A DNA stretch of 64,000 nt from Eubacteriales bacterium (lineage in GTDB: Bacteria > Bacillota > Clostridia > Oscillospirales > CAG-272): contig JAZNZE010000038.1 in the NCBI GenBank assembly GCA_045594785.1, forward strand, positions 5,784 through 69,783, read 5' to 3'. The position numbers were made by a program, and so were the translations under genes. The notes under the pieces are model-generated. The model was not told the DNA's origin. It saw nothing but the letters and a program-made list of their open reading frames with translations, and searched no databases. Within the stretch, counting starts at the first letter, position 1, and every line of letters starts with the position of its first letter. Shown piece by piece: positions 17,988 through 27,365 of this stretch.

Positions 17988-18058
17988 CACCGAGGTAGCG
18001 TTACCATCAGGTTCCAGTGAAGAGATTCGTGTGGGTTCAAATCCCGTCATCCGCACCA
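17988..18058 (+). pseudogene. Truncated, diverged tRNA-Leu copy (anticodon loop to CCA; att-type remnant)
   Basis: 71 nt with 7 differences from the 19283-19353 copy. Shares the same non-tRNA 5' junction CACCGAGGTRGCGTTACC. Lacks the 5' acceptor strand and D-arm. Confidence 0.8.
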
Positions 18059-18060
18059 AT

Positions 18061-18089
18061 GACCGAGATTTTTCTCGGTCACTTTTTTT
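18061..18089 (+). terminator. Intrinsic terminator after the tRNA fragment
   Basis: GACCGAGA (18061-18068) pairs with TCTCGGTC (18073-18080), followed by a T7 run. Confidence 0.7.
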
Positions 18090-18325
18090 GTGCGGTGGTG
18101 TGGTGCAGAACCCACCTCCAGAGGCAATCGTATACTTTAAAATTTTACACGGCTATCGCCGAGGGTGGATGTTTGCCGATGTTGCCGCCAACTCGGCAAA
18201 CTCCTTGCGCTCGCTATTGTTAGCTCTATGCGAGCGCTGTTCAATAGTCCCGTCGTCACGGTATTCTCGCACAGATATAGACTTTGATTATACACTTAAA
18301 TAGAGAATGAAGACTTAAAATTTCC

Positions 18326-18354
18326 TTGACTTGCTTACGTTATTATGATATACT
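18326..18354 (+). promoter_or_regulatory. Promoter of the TPR gene
   Basis: TTGACT (18326-18331), 17-nt spacer, TGa-TATACT (18349-18354). Confidence 0.6.
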
Positions 18355-18401
18355 TAAAATAACACAAGGTTAACAAAACAATTAAAGTTAAGGAGCTGTT
18401 T

Positions 18402-19268
18402 ATGAAAAATAATAAGATCGTCAAGATTATTCTTACTGCAATTTTGGTTGCTCTGATCCTTGTATCTGTTGTGTTGTATTGTGTGGATATTATGCTTAAC
18501 AACACACCTCCGACGCAAAACCTATTTAAGGCTCTAGCTGCTATTTTTGTATGCACCGGATCCTTAATTCGACTTTATGTAAGAAAAGGCAGACGAAGGC
18601 TTGACTACTATGAAAGCCAATATTATGAACATGTCAAAAATGCATTTGCAAACGCTCCGTTTTACAAGAAAAAGCTCCTTTGTGCAATTAGACTATATAA
18701 CGAAAACAATTTTGGTAAAGCGTTAAAGTATCTTTCAGAGCTGAAACTAATCTGCAAAGAAAAAGATGATTTGTACGCAGTTGGATTGTTTACCGGCCTT
18801 GTTTTTACCGATATGGGATACGAGAAAGATGCTATTGCCGTGTACAACGCATTGTTGAATATGAACATAACTTCCACGACCATATACGGAAACCTTGGTA
18901 GCTTATATTCAGACATGGGTAATTATGATGATGCGATTGCTTGTTCGCTACTAGCAATACAAAACGACCAGAACAATCCCGCGCCTTACAACAATCTTGC
19001 TAAATTATATTTTGATACATATGATTTTGAAAATGCCAAATACTATGCCTTAAAAGCATTGAAAATAAATCATAAATTTCGCCAATCAGCTTCCATGCTC
19101 GCAATAATTTATTCTCTTGAGAATGACAAAGAAAATGCTGAAAAATATTTTCATGTAGCCATATCCAGTGGAGAAGATCCCTCAAGGTTGCAAAGAGCTA
19201 TAAAACACTATCAAGCACAAAAATTACAAGAAAACACACCGGACGACTCGGATATTGAGGACGAATAA
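18402..19268 (+). CDS. Membrane-anchored tetratricopeptide-repeat protein
   Basis: Two N-terminal hydrophobic segments, then repeated ...A(I/L)..Y..AL..N......YNNLA.LY...G.Y..A TPR-like units. RBS AAGGAG. Confidence 0.7.
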   Translation: MKNNKIVKIILTAILVALILVSVVLYCVDIMLNNTPPTQNLFKALAAIFVCTGSLIRLYVRKGRRRLDYYESQYYEHVKNAFANAPFYKKKLLCAIRLYNENNFGKALKYLSELKLICKEKDDLYAVGLFTGLVFTDMGYEKDAIAVYNALLNMNITSTTIYGNLGSLYSDMGNYDDAIACSLLAIQNDQNNPAPYNNLAKLYFDTYDFENAKYYALKALKINHKFRQSASMLAIIYSLENDKENAEKYFHVAISSGEDPSRLQRAIKHYQAQKLQENTPDDSDIEDE

Positions 19269-19282
19269 TAGCGACTCGCTTT

Positions 19283-19353
19283 CACCGAGGTGGCGTTACC
19301 TTCAGGTTCCAGTGAAGCAATTCATGTGGGTTCAAGTCCCGTCGTCCGCACCA
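19283..19353 (+). pseudogene. Truncated tRNA-Leu copy (att-type remnant)
   Basis: 19301-19353 (53 nt) is identical to tRNA-Leu 14632-14684. The upstream junction CACCGAGGTGGCGTTACC is not tRNA-like. Confidence 0.85.
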
Positions 19354-19500
19354 GGTAAAGACCGAGAGATATTCGGTCTTTATTTTTTTGCTTATTCAGC
19401 GGTCTTCACCCGGATAACGACAGGACAGAGTTCGGCTACCGCCTCACTCTTCGCTCTAAAAACAGTTATCAACTGTTTTCTTAACGAGCGACATCGTCCG
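19334..19500 (+). repeat. Direct repeat copy B (partner of 14818-14984, offset 4516 bp)
   Basis: Same string: tRNA 3' end, AAAGACCGA/TCGGTCTTT terminator, then ...GGATAACGACAGGACAGAGTTCGGCTACCGCCTCACTCTTCGCTCTAAAAACAGTTATCAACTGTTT...GAGCGACATCGTCCG. Confidence 0.85.
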
Positions 19501-20017
19501 CACCAGGCGAGAACAACTCGGGGTTATCTCGGGTTGTTTTTGCTTTTTCAAGACGGGACTTGAAATAGGGAGAAAATTGCGTAGCAATTTGTCTGCGTTC
19601 ACTTTGTGAACGCCTCTTAGACCGAACAGTTAAAACTGTTAATCTCACACGCGGAACGCCTATCGTCCGCACATCTTGTAATCACACAAATTAGTTAATA
19701 TTCCCCAAAAACAAAGCTCAACGATTTCCCTAGGATAAGTTAAACGCCTATAGCATTCTATTTTTTTGAGTGCTATAGGTCTTTTTGTCCGATTTTGTCT
19801 TTTTCTTTATGAAAAGCTACAAAAGTACAATCTATCGGACACATAAGCGCGTGTAATGAAAACAGAGAAACAAATGCACACGCAAAAGTTCTGAATTAAA
19901 CTCAGCTGCTTTAAAGCTTTATTTCTCTTTTATTCGGATTTTATATTGTGTTTTTTGAATTTATGTGCTAAAATAATGTTTGCAGCAAATAAATTTAACA
20001 TTAGATAGGAGATACTT

Positions 20018-21916
20018 ATGGAAAATATAAGAATTCAAGACGACCTCTATATGTACGTTAACAGCGAAACCCTTGATAAGCTTGTTATTCCTGACGATAA
20101 GCCTTGCGCGGGCGGATTTGCAAAGCTCGGAGACGAGGTTGAAAAAATTATGATGGATGAGTTTAAGGCTATGTCCGATTGCAGCTCATATCCCGACGAC
20201 TACCTTAAGCGCGCTTGCAAGCTCTACGAAATTGCAAAGAACGCTGAGAAAAAGGAAAAAGACGGTATCGCACCTGCACTCAAGGTGCTTGCTATTCTTG
20301 ATGAAATCAAATCCACCGAGGACTTTGCCCGTCTTTACTCTACCCTTTCTTTAAACGGTGTTCCTACCCCTATAAACGTTGGCGTTGAAACCGATATGAA
20401 AGACACAAGGCGTCACCTGGTTTACATTCAGGGACCGAGCGTAATACTTCCCGATGCGTCTTACTACAAGCCCGAAATGGCAGCTCAGAAGGCTCAGATT
20501 TTAGGAATATGGACAAACGTTGCAAAAACCGTTATGACAAAAACCGACCTCTCGGCAGAAGACCAGGAGACCTACGTAAACGATGCTCTTGCATTTGACG
20601 AAATTCTTGGCGGTCTTGTGAAGACGAGCGAAGAGTGGTCAAAATACGTTGAAATGTACAATCCTATGCCTACCGACAGTGTTGCGCAAATGCTTAAAAC
20701 TGTTGATTTCAAGGCTATTCTCACCGACCTTTTCGCGCAGCTTCCTGCTACAACGGTAGTAACCGAGCCGAGATATTTCGCTGCTTTTGCGGACGTTCTC
20801 AATGCGCAAAACCTTACTCTTTACAAGCACTGGGCATACGTAACAGGACTTCTTAGAGCCTGCCCTTATCTTTCGGAAGAGCTTCGCGACCTTGGCGGTA
20901 TGTACAGCAGAGCGATTATGGGTATTGCAAAGATGCAGCCCATAGATAAATTTGCATATAACGTTGCTGCAGGCATGTTTTCTGAGCCGGTTGGTATCTA
21001 TTACGGTGAAAAATACTTCGGCAAGGAAGCAAAAAATGATATAACCGAAATTGTTTACGAAATCATTGATACATATAAAAAGCGTATAAAGACAAACGAT
21101 ATTCTCGGAGAAGAAACCAAGAAAAAAGCTATTCTTAAGCTCTCTAAGATGGGTGTAAAAATGGGCTATCCCGACAAGGCAAGAGCTATTTACGACAAGC
21201 TTATTTTTAACCCCGATGATTCTCTGTTTGATATCGTGCTTTCATTGAAGAAAATCAAGGAGCTGGATTCTCTTAGCAAGCTCGACAAGCCCACAGAGCC
21301 TGAAAACTGGGCAATGCCCGGACATATGGTGAACGCTTGCTACGACCCGTTCGTAAACGATATTACCTTCCCTGCCGCCATTCTTCAAGCTCCCTTCTAT
21401 TCGCTGAAGCAAACAAGAAGCGAAAACCTTGGCGGTATCGGCGCTGTTATCGGTCACGAAATTTCACACGCATTTGACAGCAACGGTGCAAAATGCGATG
21501 AGAACGGTAACATCAACGACTGGTGGACTGCAGAGGACTTCGAAAGATTTGAAACCAAGGTAAACCTGATGATTGAACAGTTTGACGGAATTGAGCTTCC
21601 TTGGGGAAAGGTCAACGGTGCGTTTATCGTCAGCGAAAATATGGCGGATAACGGCGGTATGTCAGTAACTCTTGATATTATGTCAAACACCAAGGGCGCG
21701 TCATATAAGGAATATTTCTATAACTGGGCAAGAGTATGGTGCCAGAAGGCAAAACCCGAATATCAGCAGATGCTTCTCTCGGTTGACGTTCACGGTCCTT
21801 GCTGCCTGCGCGCAAATATGCCTCCGAGAAACTTTGAAGAGTGGTATACTGCATTTGACGTTAACGAAAACGACAAAATGTACATTGCGCCCGAAAAGCG
21901 TATCGTAATCTGGTAA
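20018..21916 (+). CDS. pepO: M13-family (neprilysin-like) metalloendopeptidase
   Basis: HEISHAFD zinc motif and ENMADNGG (ENxADxGG) motif; 632 aa; RBS AGGAG. Confidence 0.85.
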   Translation: MENIRIQDDLYMYVNSETLDKLVIPDDKPCAGGFAKLGDEVEKIMMDEFKAMSDCSSYPDDYLKRACKLYEIAKNAEKKEKDGIAPALKVLAILDEIKSTEDFARLYSTLSLNGVPTPINVGVETDMKDTRRHLVYIQGPSVILPDASYYKPEMAAQKAQILGIWTNVAKTVMTKTDLSAEDQETYVNDALAFDEILGGLVKTSEEWSKYVEMYNPMPTDSVAQMLKTVDFKAILTDLFAQLPATTVVTEPRYFAAFADVLNAQNLTLYKHWAYVTGLLRACPYLSEELRDLGGMYSRAIMGIAKMQPIDKFAYNVAAGMFSEPVGIYYGEKYFGKEAKNDITEIVYEIIDTYKKRIKTNDILGEETKKKAILKLSKMGVKMGYPDKARAIYDKLIFNPDDSLFDIVLSLKKIKELDSLSKLDKPTEPENWAMPGHMVNACYDPFVNDITFPAAILQAPFYSLKQTRSENLGGIGAVIGHEISHAFDSNGAKCDENGNINDWWTAEDFERFETKVNLMIEQFDGIELPWGKVNGAFIVSENMADNGGMSVTLDIMSNTKGASYKEYFYNWARVWCQKAKPEYQQMLLSVDVHGPCCLRANMPPRNFEEWYTAFDVNENDKMYIAPEKRIVIW

Positions 21917-21938
21917 TATAACATAAATTGTATAGTAA

Positions 21939-21984
21939 AACCGCACTCAAAAGCGTCCTGCTTTTGAGTGCGGTTCATTTTTTC
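21939..21984 (+). terminator. Intrinsic terminator
   Basis: AACCGCACTCAAAAGC (21939-21954) pairs with GCTTTTGAGTGCGGTT (21960-21975), followed by CATTTTTT. Confidence 0.85.
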
Positions 21985-22037
21985 GGCGCGGATTTTTAAA
22001 TCTGATAGTTTTAATCCGCTAAATAAAATCAATAGGT

Positions 22038-23927
22038 TCAAGTTACGCCTTCAAGCTGATTTTTTCTGAACTGAAGCATATAAAGGCCGTAATACTTTCC
22101 TCTTTTACTAAGCAGCTCAAAGTGATTTCCCTCTTCAACTATTTCACCGTGAGAAAGAACTATAATCTTATCTGCGTGCTGAATGGTTGAAAGGCGGTGA
22201 GCAACTATAAGCATTGTTCCGATATTTTTTATTCGTTCAAGAGAATCCTGAATAAGAAGCTCGGTTTCCGTATCAATATTTGCAGTTGCCTCGTCAAGAA
22301 TAATAACCGAGGGCTTATGAACAATCGTTCTTGCAAAGGATAGTAGCTGTCTTTGTCCTGCCGAAAAATTATTACCTCTTTCCCTGACCTGCTCGTCCAG
22401 CCCGTCAGAAAATTTGTTTACAAAGCGGTCTGCATTTACATAACGGCAGGTTTCCATAACCTCTTCATCACTTATCGTGTCATCGCGCAAAACTATATTC
22501 GAGCGGATAGTTCCCGAGAATAAAAAAACGTCCTGAAGCATCTGACCGAAATGACGGCGCAGCGAAGAAAGCTTTATCTTTTTTACGTCTATTCCGTCAA
22601 TAAGTATCTGCCCCTTTTGTATGTCGTAGTTACGGCAGATAAGCGAAAGTATTGTGGTTTTGCCTGAGCCGGTAGAGCCGACAAATGCCACCGTTTCCTT
22701 TGCATTAACCTTAAACGATACGTCCTTTAACACCCATTCGCCTTCGTTATATGCAAACCATACGTTTTTAAACTCTATCTCACCTTCAACCGCATCCAGC
22801 TCTATAGCATCCGGTGCGTCCACTATTTCGGGCTTCATATCAAGTACGCTGAAGATTTTTTCCGCAGAAGCAAACGCTGACTGCAATCTATTGAACTGCT
22901 CTGCCAGATTCTGAATAGGATTATAGAATTTTGAGGTATACATATAGAAGGATACGAGAACGTCACTCGTTATTTTTTGTCCGAGAAAAACAGTATCCTT
23001 TATTACTCCGCGAGCAGATAAATAAAGAAGAGCCAGAACCGAAGAAATATAGAGCATATACACCATCGGTCTGAATATTCCGAAAACGAATATTTCCCTA
23101 TGCTTAGCCCTGCCGAGATGGCGATTTTTCTTTTCGAATTCCTCTGACTTTCGGTCTTCGCGGTTAAATATCTGGGTTATCTTTATTCCCGAGAGATTTT
23201 CCGAAAGGAAGGTATTGATATCCGTTGTAGCGTCTTTTACCTTGCGGTAAGCTCTGCGCGAGAACTTTCTGAAAATCACGGTAAAAAGAATTATAAACGG
23301 AACAAAGCAAAGCACCATCAGCGTGAGCTGATAGTTAAGCAATAGCATTGCTGCGAAAACACCGACTATTATAAAGCAGTTTTTAACGAGATTTACAAGA
23401 AGGTTTGTAAACATCATAGAGATAGCGTTGGTATCGTTTGCTACTCGGGTGACCAGCTTGCCTACGGGAATCTTATTCAACTGAGAATGCGAAAGACCCT
23501 CGATATGCAAAAAAACGTCTTCACGCAGGCTGGAAAGAATCTTCTGCCCCACCTTCTGAAGTATAATTGACTGAACGTAGGTCGAAACAAGCGAAACAAT
23601 CAGAATACCTGCGTAAACACCAACGTACGCAAGCAACTTAGCCATTTCAAACTGCTCCGTGAGCAGCTTTTCTATCTTACCGATAAGCAACGGAGAGATT
23701 ATGTCGTACGAGATAGATATAAGCATTATAAACCCGACAAGCAAAAAGCTCTTAACGTGAGGTTTTGCATATATCATAAGGCGCTTGATTATTTCGCCGT
23801 CTTTAATATTTCTGTCAAAGCCTATTGCTTCCTTTTTGTTTTTCATAAACACGTAAGCAAGCGTAAATATCAAAGAAAACGCGCCTATTATAGCACCAAG
23901 TATCAAGAGAGGATAGAATTCTTTCAT
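22038..23927 (-). CDS. ABC exporter, fused permease/ATPase, consensus-site partner
   Basis: Start trimmed to MKEFYPL (23927), 1 nt after the upstream stop. Walker A GSTGSGKTT, signature SAGQRQ, Walker B IILDEATANID. Confidence 0.85.
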   Translation of the reverse strand: MKEFYPLLILGAIIGAFSLIFTLAYVFMKNKKEAIGFDRNIKDGEIIKRLMIYAKPHVKSFLLVGFIMLISISYDIISPLLIGKIEKLLTEQFEMAKLLAYVGVYAGILIVSLVSTYVQSIILQKVGQKILSSLREDVFLHIEGLSHSQLNKIPVGKLVTRVANDTNAISMMFTNLLVNLVKNCFIIVGVFAAMLLLNYQLTLMVLCFVPFIILFTVIFRKFSRRAYRKVKDATTDINTFLSENLSGIKITQIFNREDRKSEEFEKKNRHLGRAKHREIFVFGIFRPMVYMLYISSVLALLYLSARGVIKDTVFLGQKITSDVLVSFYMYTSKFYNPIQNLAEQFNRLQSAFASAEKIFSVLDMKPEIVDAPDAIELDAVEGEIEFKNVWFAYNEGEWVLKDVSFKVNAKETVAFVGSTGSGKTTILSLICRNYDIQKGQILIDGIDVKKIKLSSLRRHFGQMLQDVFLFSGTIRSNIVLRDDTISDEEVMETCRYVNADRFVNKFSDGLDEQVRERGNNFSAGQRQLLSFARTIVHKPSVIILDEATANIDTETELLIQDSLERIKNIGTMLIVAHRLSTIQHADKIIVLSHGEIVEEGNHFELLSKRGKYYGLYMLQFRKNQLEGVT

Positions 23928-23928
23928 T

Positions 23929-25707
23929 TTAAACCGCCCCCTTCTCTTCCTCGAGCTTTTGAAGTTCAACCATTTTCGCATATTCCGGGCAGCTTGAGCA
24001 AAGCTCGTCATGAGCGCCAACCGCAATTACTTTGCCATCGTCAATAAATATAATCTTATCCATCTTTTCAACGGTTGAGATACGGTGAGCTATGAGAATG
24101 GTCGTTTTCCCGCGCCTGTTCTCGCGCAGATTTGAAATTATCATACGCTCGGTTTCGGTATCAACGGCAGACACAGAATCATCAAGTATCAGGATATTCG
24201 CATCCTTCATAAGCGCACGCGCGATAGATATTCTCTGCTTCTGACCGCCCGAGACCGTGACACCGCGTTCTCCCAGTACGGTTGCATACTGCTCTGAAAA
24301 TTCAGAGACATTTTCGTGAACCGCAGAAAGCTTAGCTGCCGCTATCACGTCATCTGCGTTTCCTCCGTCACTTGCAAAGGCTATGTTATTTTCTATCGTA
24401 TCGCTGAAAAGGAAGTTATCCTGAGGAACGTACGCAGAATACTTGCGCACGGTTTTTATCGGAATTGTATTTACGTCATTTCCGTCCACAAAAAGTGTGC
24501 CGTCAGGAACATTATAGGTTCTTAATATGAGATCAACTATTGTTGTTTTACCGGAACCGGTCTTGCCTATTATTCCTACGTTCTCACCCGCTTTAATAGC
24601 AAACGAAACGTCAGTCAAGGCATCGTAGCTCGACTCGGGATAGCGGAAGGTAAGATTTTTAAATTCTATATCGCCTTTTATAAATTCAACGTCTCTGACG
24701 TCATCTCTGTCCTTAACCGTCTGCTCCTCGTCAAGAAGCTCGCTGATTCTTTTAAGAGATGCCTTACCTCGTGAGGACATATCTATCAGCTGTGAGACTG
24801 CCATAATCGGCCATATAATCGAGGTGAAATAGCTTATAAATTCAATAAGTCTTGCAGCGTTAAAACGTCCAAGGTAAACAAGGTATCCTCCGTATCCGAG
24901 AATTATACATATAACCGACTCCACAAAAAGAGTTACGAAGATGTGAAGAAGAACCGAAACCTTTGTAAATTCGATATTTGCTTTTTCGTTATCCTTGTTT
25001 AGCTTTCTGAATGCGAGAAGCTCGCGAAGCTCCTTTACAAACGCTTTGATAACGGCAATTCCCGAAAAATTCTCCTGAGCAAAATCAGAAAGAGAGGAGA
25101 ATGCCTGCTGACGTGCTTCCCACTTACGCATCATATTTTTACCTACTACGGTACTGACTGCAAGCAAAAGCAGCATTGGAACAAGCGAGAGGAGCGTAAG
25201 CGTAACGTTCATCTTGAACATTTTGATTATAGCAAGAACGCCCAGCAAAAGCGCATCGGCAAACATAAGAACTCCGTCTCCGAAGCACTCCTGTATCGTT
25301 TCAAGGTCGTTTGTATACAGCGACATCATATTGCCGACCTTGTTTTTGTGATAGTATTCCTGGGAGAGATTTTTAGAATGGTTGAACATTTTAGAACGAA
25401 TATCGGTTTCGACCTGAATACCAGCTCCGAAGAGACATACACGCCAGAGGAAGCGCCCAAAAACCAACGCCAAAATAATCCACAGCAGAGGACGGCATAT
25501 TTCATCAAGAAGGAAGCTCATATCGAACTTCATAAATTCGCCTTCGCTTACCTCTACAACACCGTACTGAATGCCCTCAAGCACCATTCGGTAAAGCTCG
25601 GGAATCTCAAGCTGCATAAAGTCAACAAGCAAAAGCGCAAAAATACCGCCTAGCAGAAGATAAGCATATTTTAAATAATATTTATTTATATGCCTTCCGA
25701 AAACCAT
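23929..25707 (-). CDS. ABC exporter, fused permease/ATPase, partner with degenerate catalytic site
   Basis: Start at MVFGRH (25707) after AAAGGAGAG. Walker A GKTGSGKTT, signature SGGQKQR, Walker B ILILDDSVSAVD (Asp for the catalytic Glu). Confidence 0.85.
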   Translation of the reverse strand: MVFGRHINKYYLKYAYLLLGGIFALLLVDFMQLEIPELYRMVLEGIQYGVVEVSEGEFMKFDMSFLLDEICRPLLWIILALVFGRFLWRVCLFGAGIQVETDIRSKMFNHSKNLSQEYYHKNKVGNMMSLYTNDLETIQECFGDGVLMFADALLLGVLAIIKMFKMNVTLTLLSLVPMLLLLAVSTVVGKNMMRKWEARQQAFSSLSDFAQENFSGIAVIKAFVKELRELLAFRKLNKDNEKANIEFTKVSVLLHIFVTLFVESVICIILGYGGYLVYLGRFNAARLIEFISYFTSIIWPIMAVSQLIDMSSRGKASLKRISELLDEEQTVKDRDDVRDVEFIKGDIEFKNLTFRYPESSYDALTDVSFAIKAGENVGIIGKTGSGKTTIVDLILRTYNVPDGTLFVDGNDVNTIPIKTVRKYSAYVPQDNFLFSDTIENNIAFASDGGNADDVIAAAKLSAVHENVSEFSEQYATVLGERGVTVSGGQKQRISIARALMKDANILILDDSVSAVDTETERMIISNLRENRRGKTTILIAHRISTVEKMDKIIFIDDGKVIAVGAHDELCSSCPEYAKMVELQKLEEEKGAV

Positions 25708-26002
25708 ATAGCTCTCCTTTAAACATCTGAAAAATATCAACAATAATCATATCATAAACTCTTTTATATTTCAAGTATATTTGCGCTGTTTTTAGCGTAT
25801 AATTAATTATTTTTGCTTTTGTTTTGAATACTCACATACTGCAGGCAGAGATAATTTGAAAAATAAAGCTGTCGAAAACTGTATTCACTGCCACTTGAAC
25901 GTTTTTTGCAATATAAACAGCGTTTTTCGCAATTTCATTTCATAAAACGTTATGATATAATGTTTGTATAAACGCAATAAACGGTACAGGAGTTTAAATT
26001 CA

Positions 26003-27280
26003 ATGAAAATAATAAAAGCCGCTTTGGTAGGCGCAGGAAACCGAGGAATTATATATTCAAGCTATGCTTTAACGCATCGTGACAGAATGAAGCTTGTTGC
26101 GGTGGTTGACCCAAACGAGCTTCACCGCAACGAATTCGCAAAGACACATTCCATAGAAGAAAATATGCGGTTCAAGTCGGTTGAAGATTTTATAGCTGCA
26201 GGAGTAGAATGCGATATCGTTATTAACGCAACTTTAGACAGCCTTCACTGCGTAACAACCAAGCCTTTGCTTTTAGCAGGCTATGACGTGCTTATGGAAA
26301 AGCCTATAACGGCAAATGCCGATGAGCTTATTGACTTAAGAAATACCGCTGTCGAAAACAACAGAAACCTTTTCGTCTGTCACGTGCTCAGGTACACCCC
26401 TTTTTACAAAGGCATAAAGCAGAAAATACTTGAAGGCGAAATCGGCAAAATCACCTCGGTCAATATGACTGAGCATGTCGGCGTTTCTCATTACATAGAA
26501 TCCTTCGTTGTAGGAAAATGGAGAAGCGAAGCTGAGTGCGGCTCACCGTTTCTTCTTTCAAAATCCTGCCACGACCTTGATATGCTCTGCTGGCTTAATA
26601 ATTCCACACAACCCGTTAAGGTGGCAAGCTTTGCTGACAGAAAGGTTTTCGTACCCGAAAATGCTCCTAAGGGGGCAACCGAAACCTGCCACACCTGCCC
26701 GCACGAGAAGAGCTGCAAATACTCCATGACAAATATTTTCAACGGTGAAAGCGGTACCTGGAAACGCATCATACACGACATAGATAAGCCTGCAAGCGAA
26801 ATAACTCAAGAGGATGTAAACGAGCAGCTGAAAATCAGCTCTTACGGAAGATGCGTTTACGAGGAAAAAGACCTCGTTGACCGACAGAACGTCATAATTA
26901 AGTTTGAAAACGGCTCAATAGGTACTTTTGACCTTATAGGCGCGGTAGCTAAGGGCACACGCTATGTGCGTATAGTTGGAGAAAACGGTGAAATATTCGG
27001 CTCGCACGCAGATACCTTCTTTACTCTTCGCAAGTACGATTTCAAAGAAAAACGCTACACCGACACAGTAGTACCCATTTTGGTAGACCCAAATGACGAG
27101 CATCGCGGCGGTGACGTTGGAATCATGGGTGATTTGTGCGACTACCTCAACGGTGACCGTTCCTCGATATCTATAACGAGCATATCCGATTCTGTAAACG
27201 GACATCTCTGCGTATACGCCGCAGAAAAGTCAAGAAAAACCGAAGCTATCGTTGATTTGCGAAAGGAATATGACAAATAA
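26003..27280 (+). CDS. Gfo/Idh/MocA-family oxidoreductase
   Basis: N-terminal Rossmann KAALVGAGNRG. Start trimmed to MKIIKA (26003) after ACAGGAG. Confidence 0.8.
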   Translation: MKIIKAALVGAGNRGIIYSSYALTHRDRMKLVAVVDPNELHRNEFAKTHSIEENMRFKSVEDFIAAGVECDIVINATLDSLHCVTTKPLLLAGYDVLMEKPITANADELIDLRNTAVENNRNLFVCHVLRYTPFYKGIKQKILEGEIGKITSVNMTEHVGVSHYIESFVVGKWRSEAECGSPFLLSKSCHDLDMLCWLNNSTQPVKVASFADRKVFVPENAPKGATETCHTCPHEKSCKYSMTNIFNGESGTWKRIIHDIDKPASEITQEDVNEQLKISSYGRCVYEEKDLVDRQNVIIKFENGSIGTFDLIGAVAKGTRYVRIVGENGEIFGSHADTFFTLRKYDFKEKRYTDTVVPILVDPNDEHRGGDVGIMGDLCDYLNGDRSSISITSISDSVNGHLCVYAAEKSRKTEAIVDLRKEYDK

Positions 27281-27293
27281 AAATCAACATATC

Positions 27294-27340
27294 AAAAGCA
27301 CCAATTACAGCATTTTTGCTGTTTTTGGTGCTTTTTGTAA
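27294..27340. terminator. Bidirectional terminator between convergent genes
   Basis: AAAAGCACCAA (27294-27304) pairs with TTGGTGCTTTT (27326-27336), with an inner ACAGCA/TGCTGT hairpin. Confidence 0.7.
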
Positions 27341-27365
27341 ACTTATATTATAATTTTATGCTTTT

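Larger units (their letters stand above)
14685..19673 (+). mobile_element. Accretion of decayed integrative-element remnants (CIME-like) at the 3' end of tRNA-Leu; no integrase retained
   Basis: At least seven partial copies of the tRNA-Leu 3' end: 14818-14837, 14972-14984, 17988-18058, 18239-18261, 19283-19353, 19492-19505 and 19662-19673. Most are followed by their own hairpin plus T-run. The cargo genes look more AT-rich than the flanks by eye. Confidence 0.55.

Noticed and set aside
14685-19673. Intact prophage or ICE at the tRNA-Leu site
   Set aside because: None of the ORFs shows tyrosine-recombinase (R...HxxR...Y) or serine-recombinase features, and there are no capsid, conjugation or replication genes. 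Only remnants are present.
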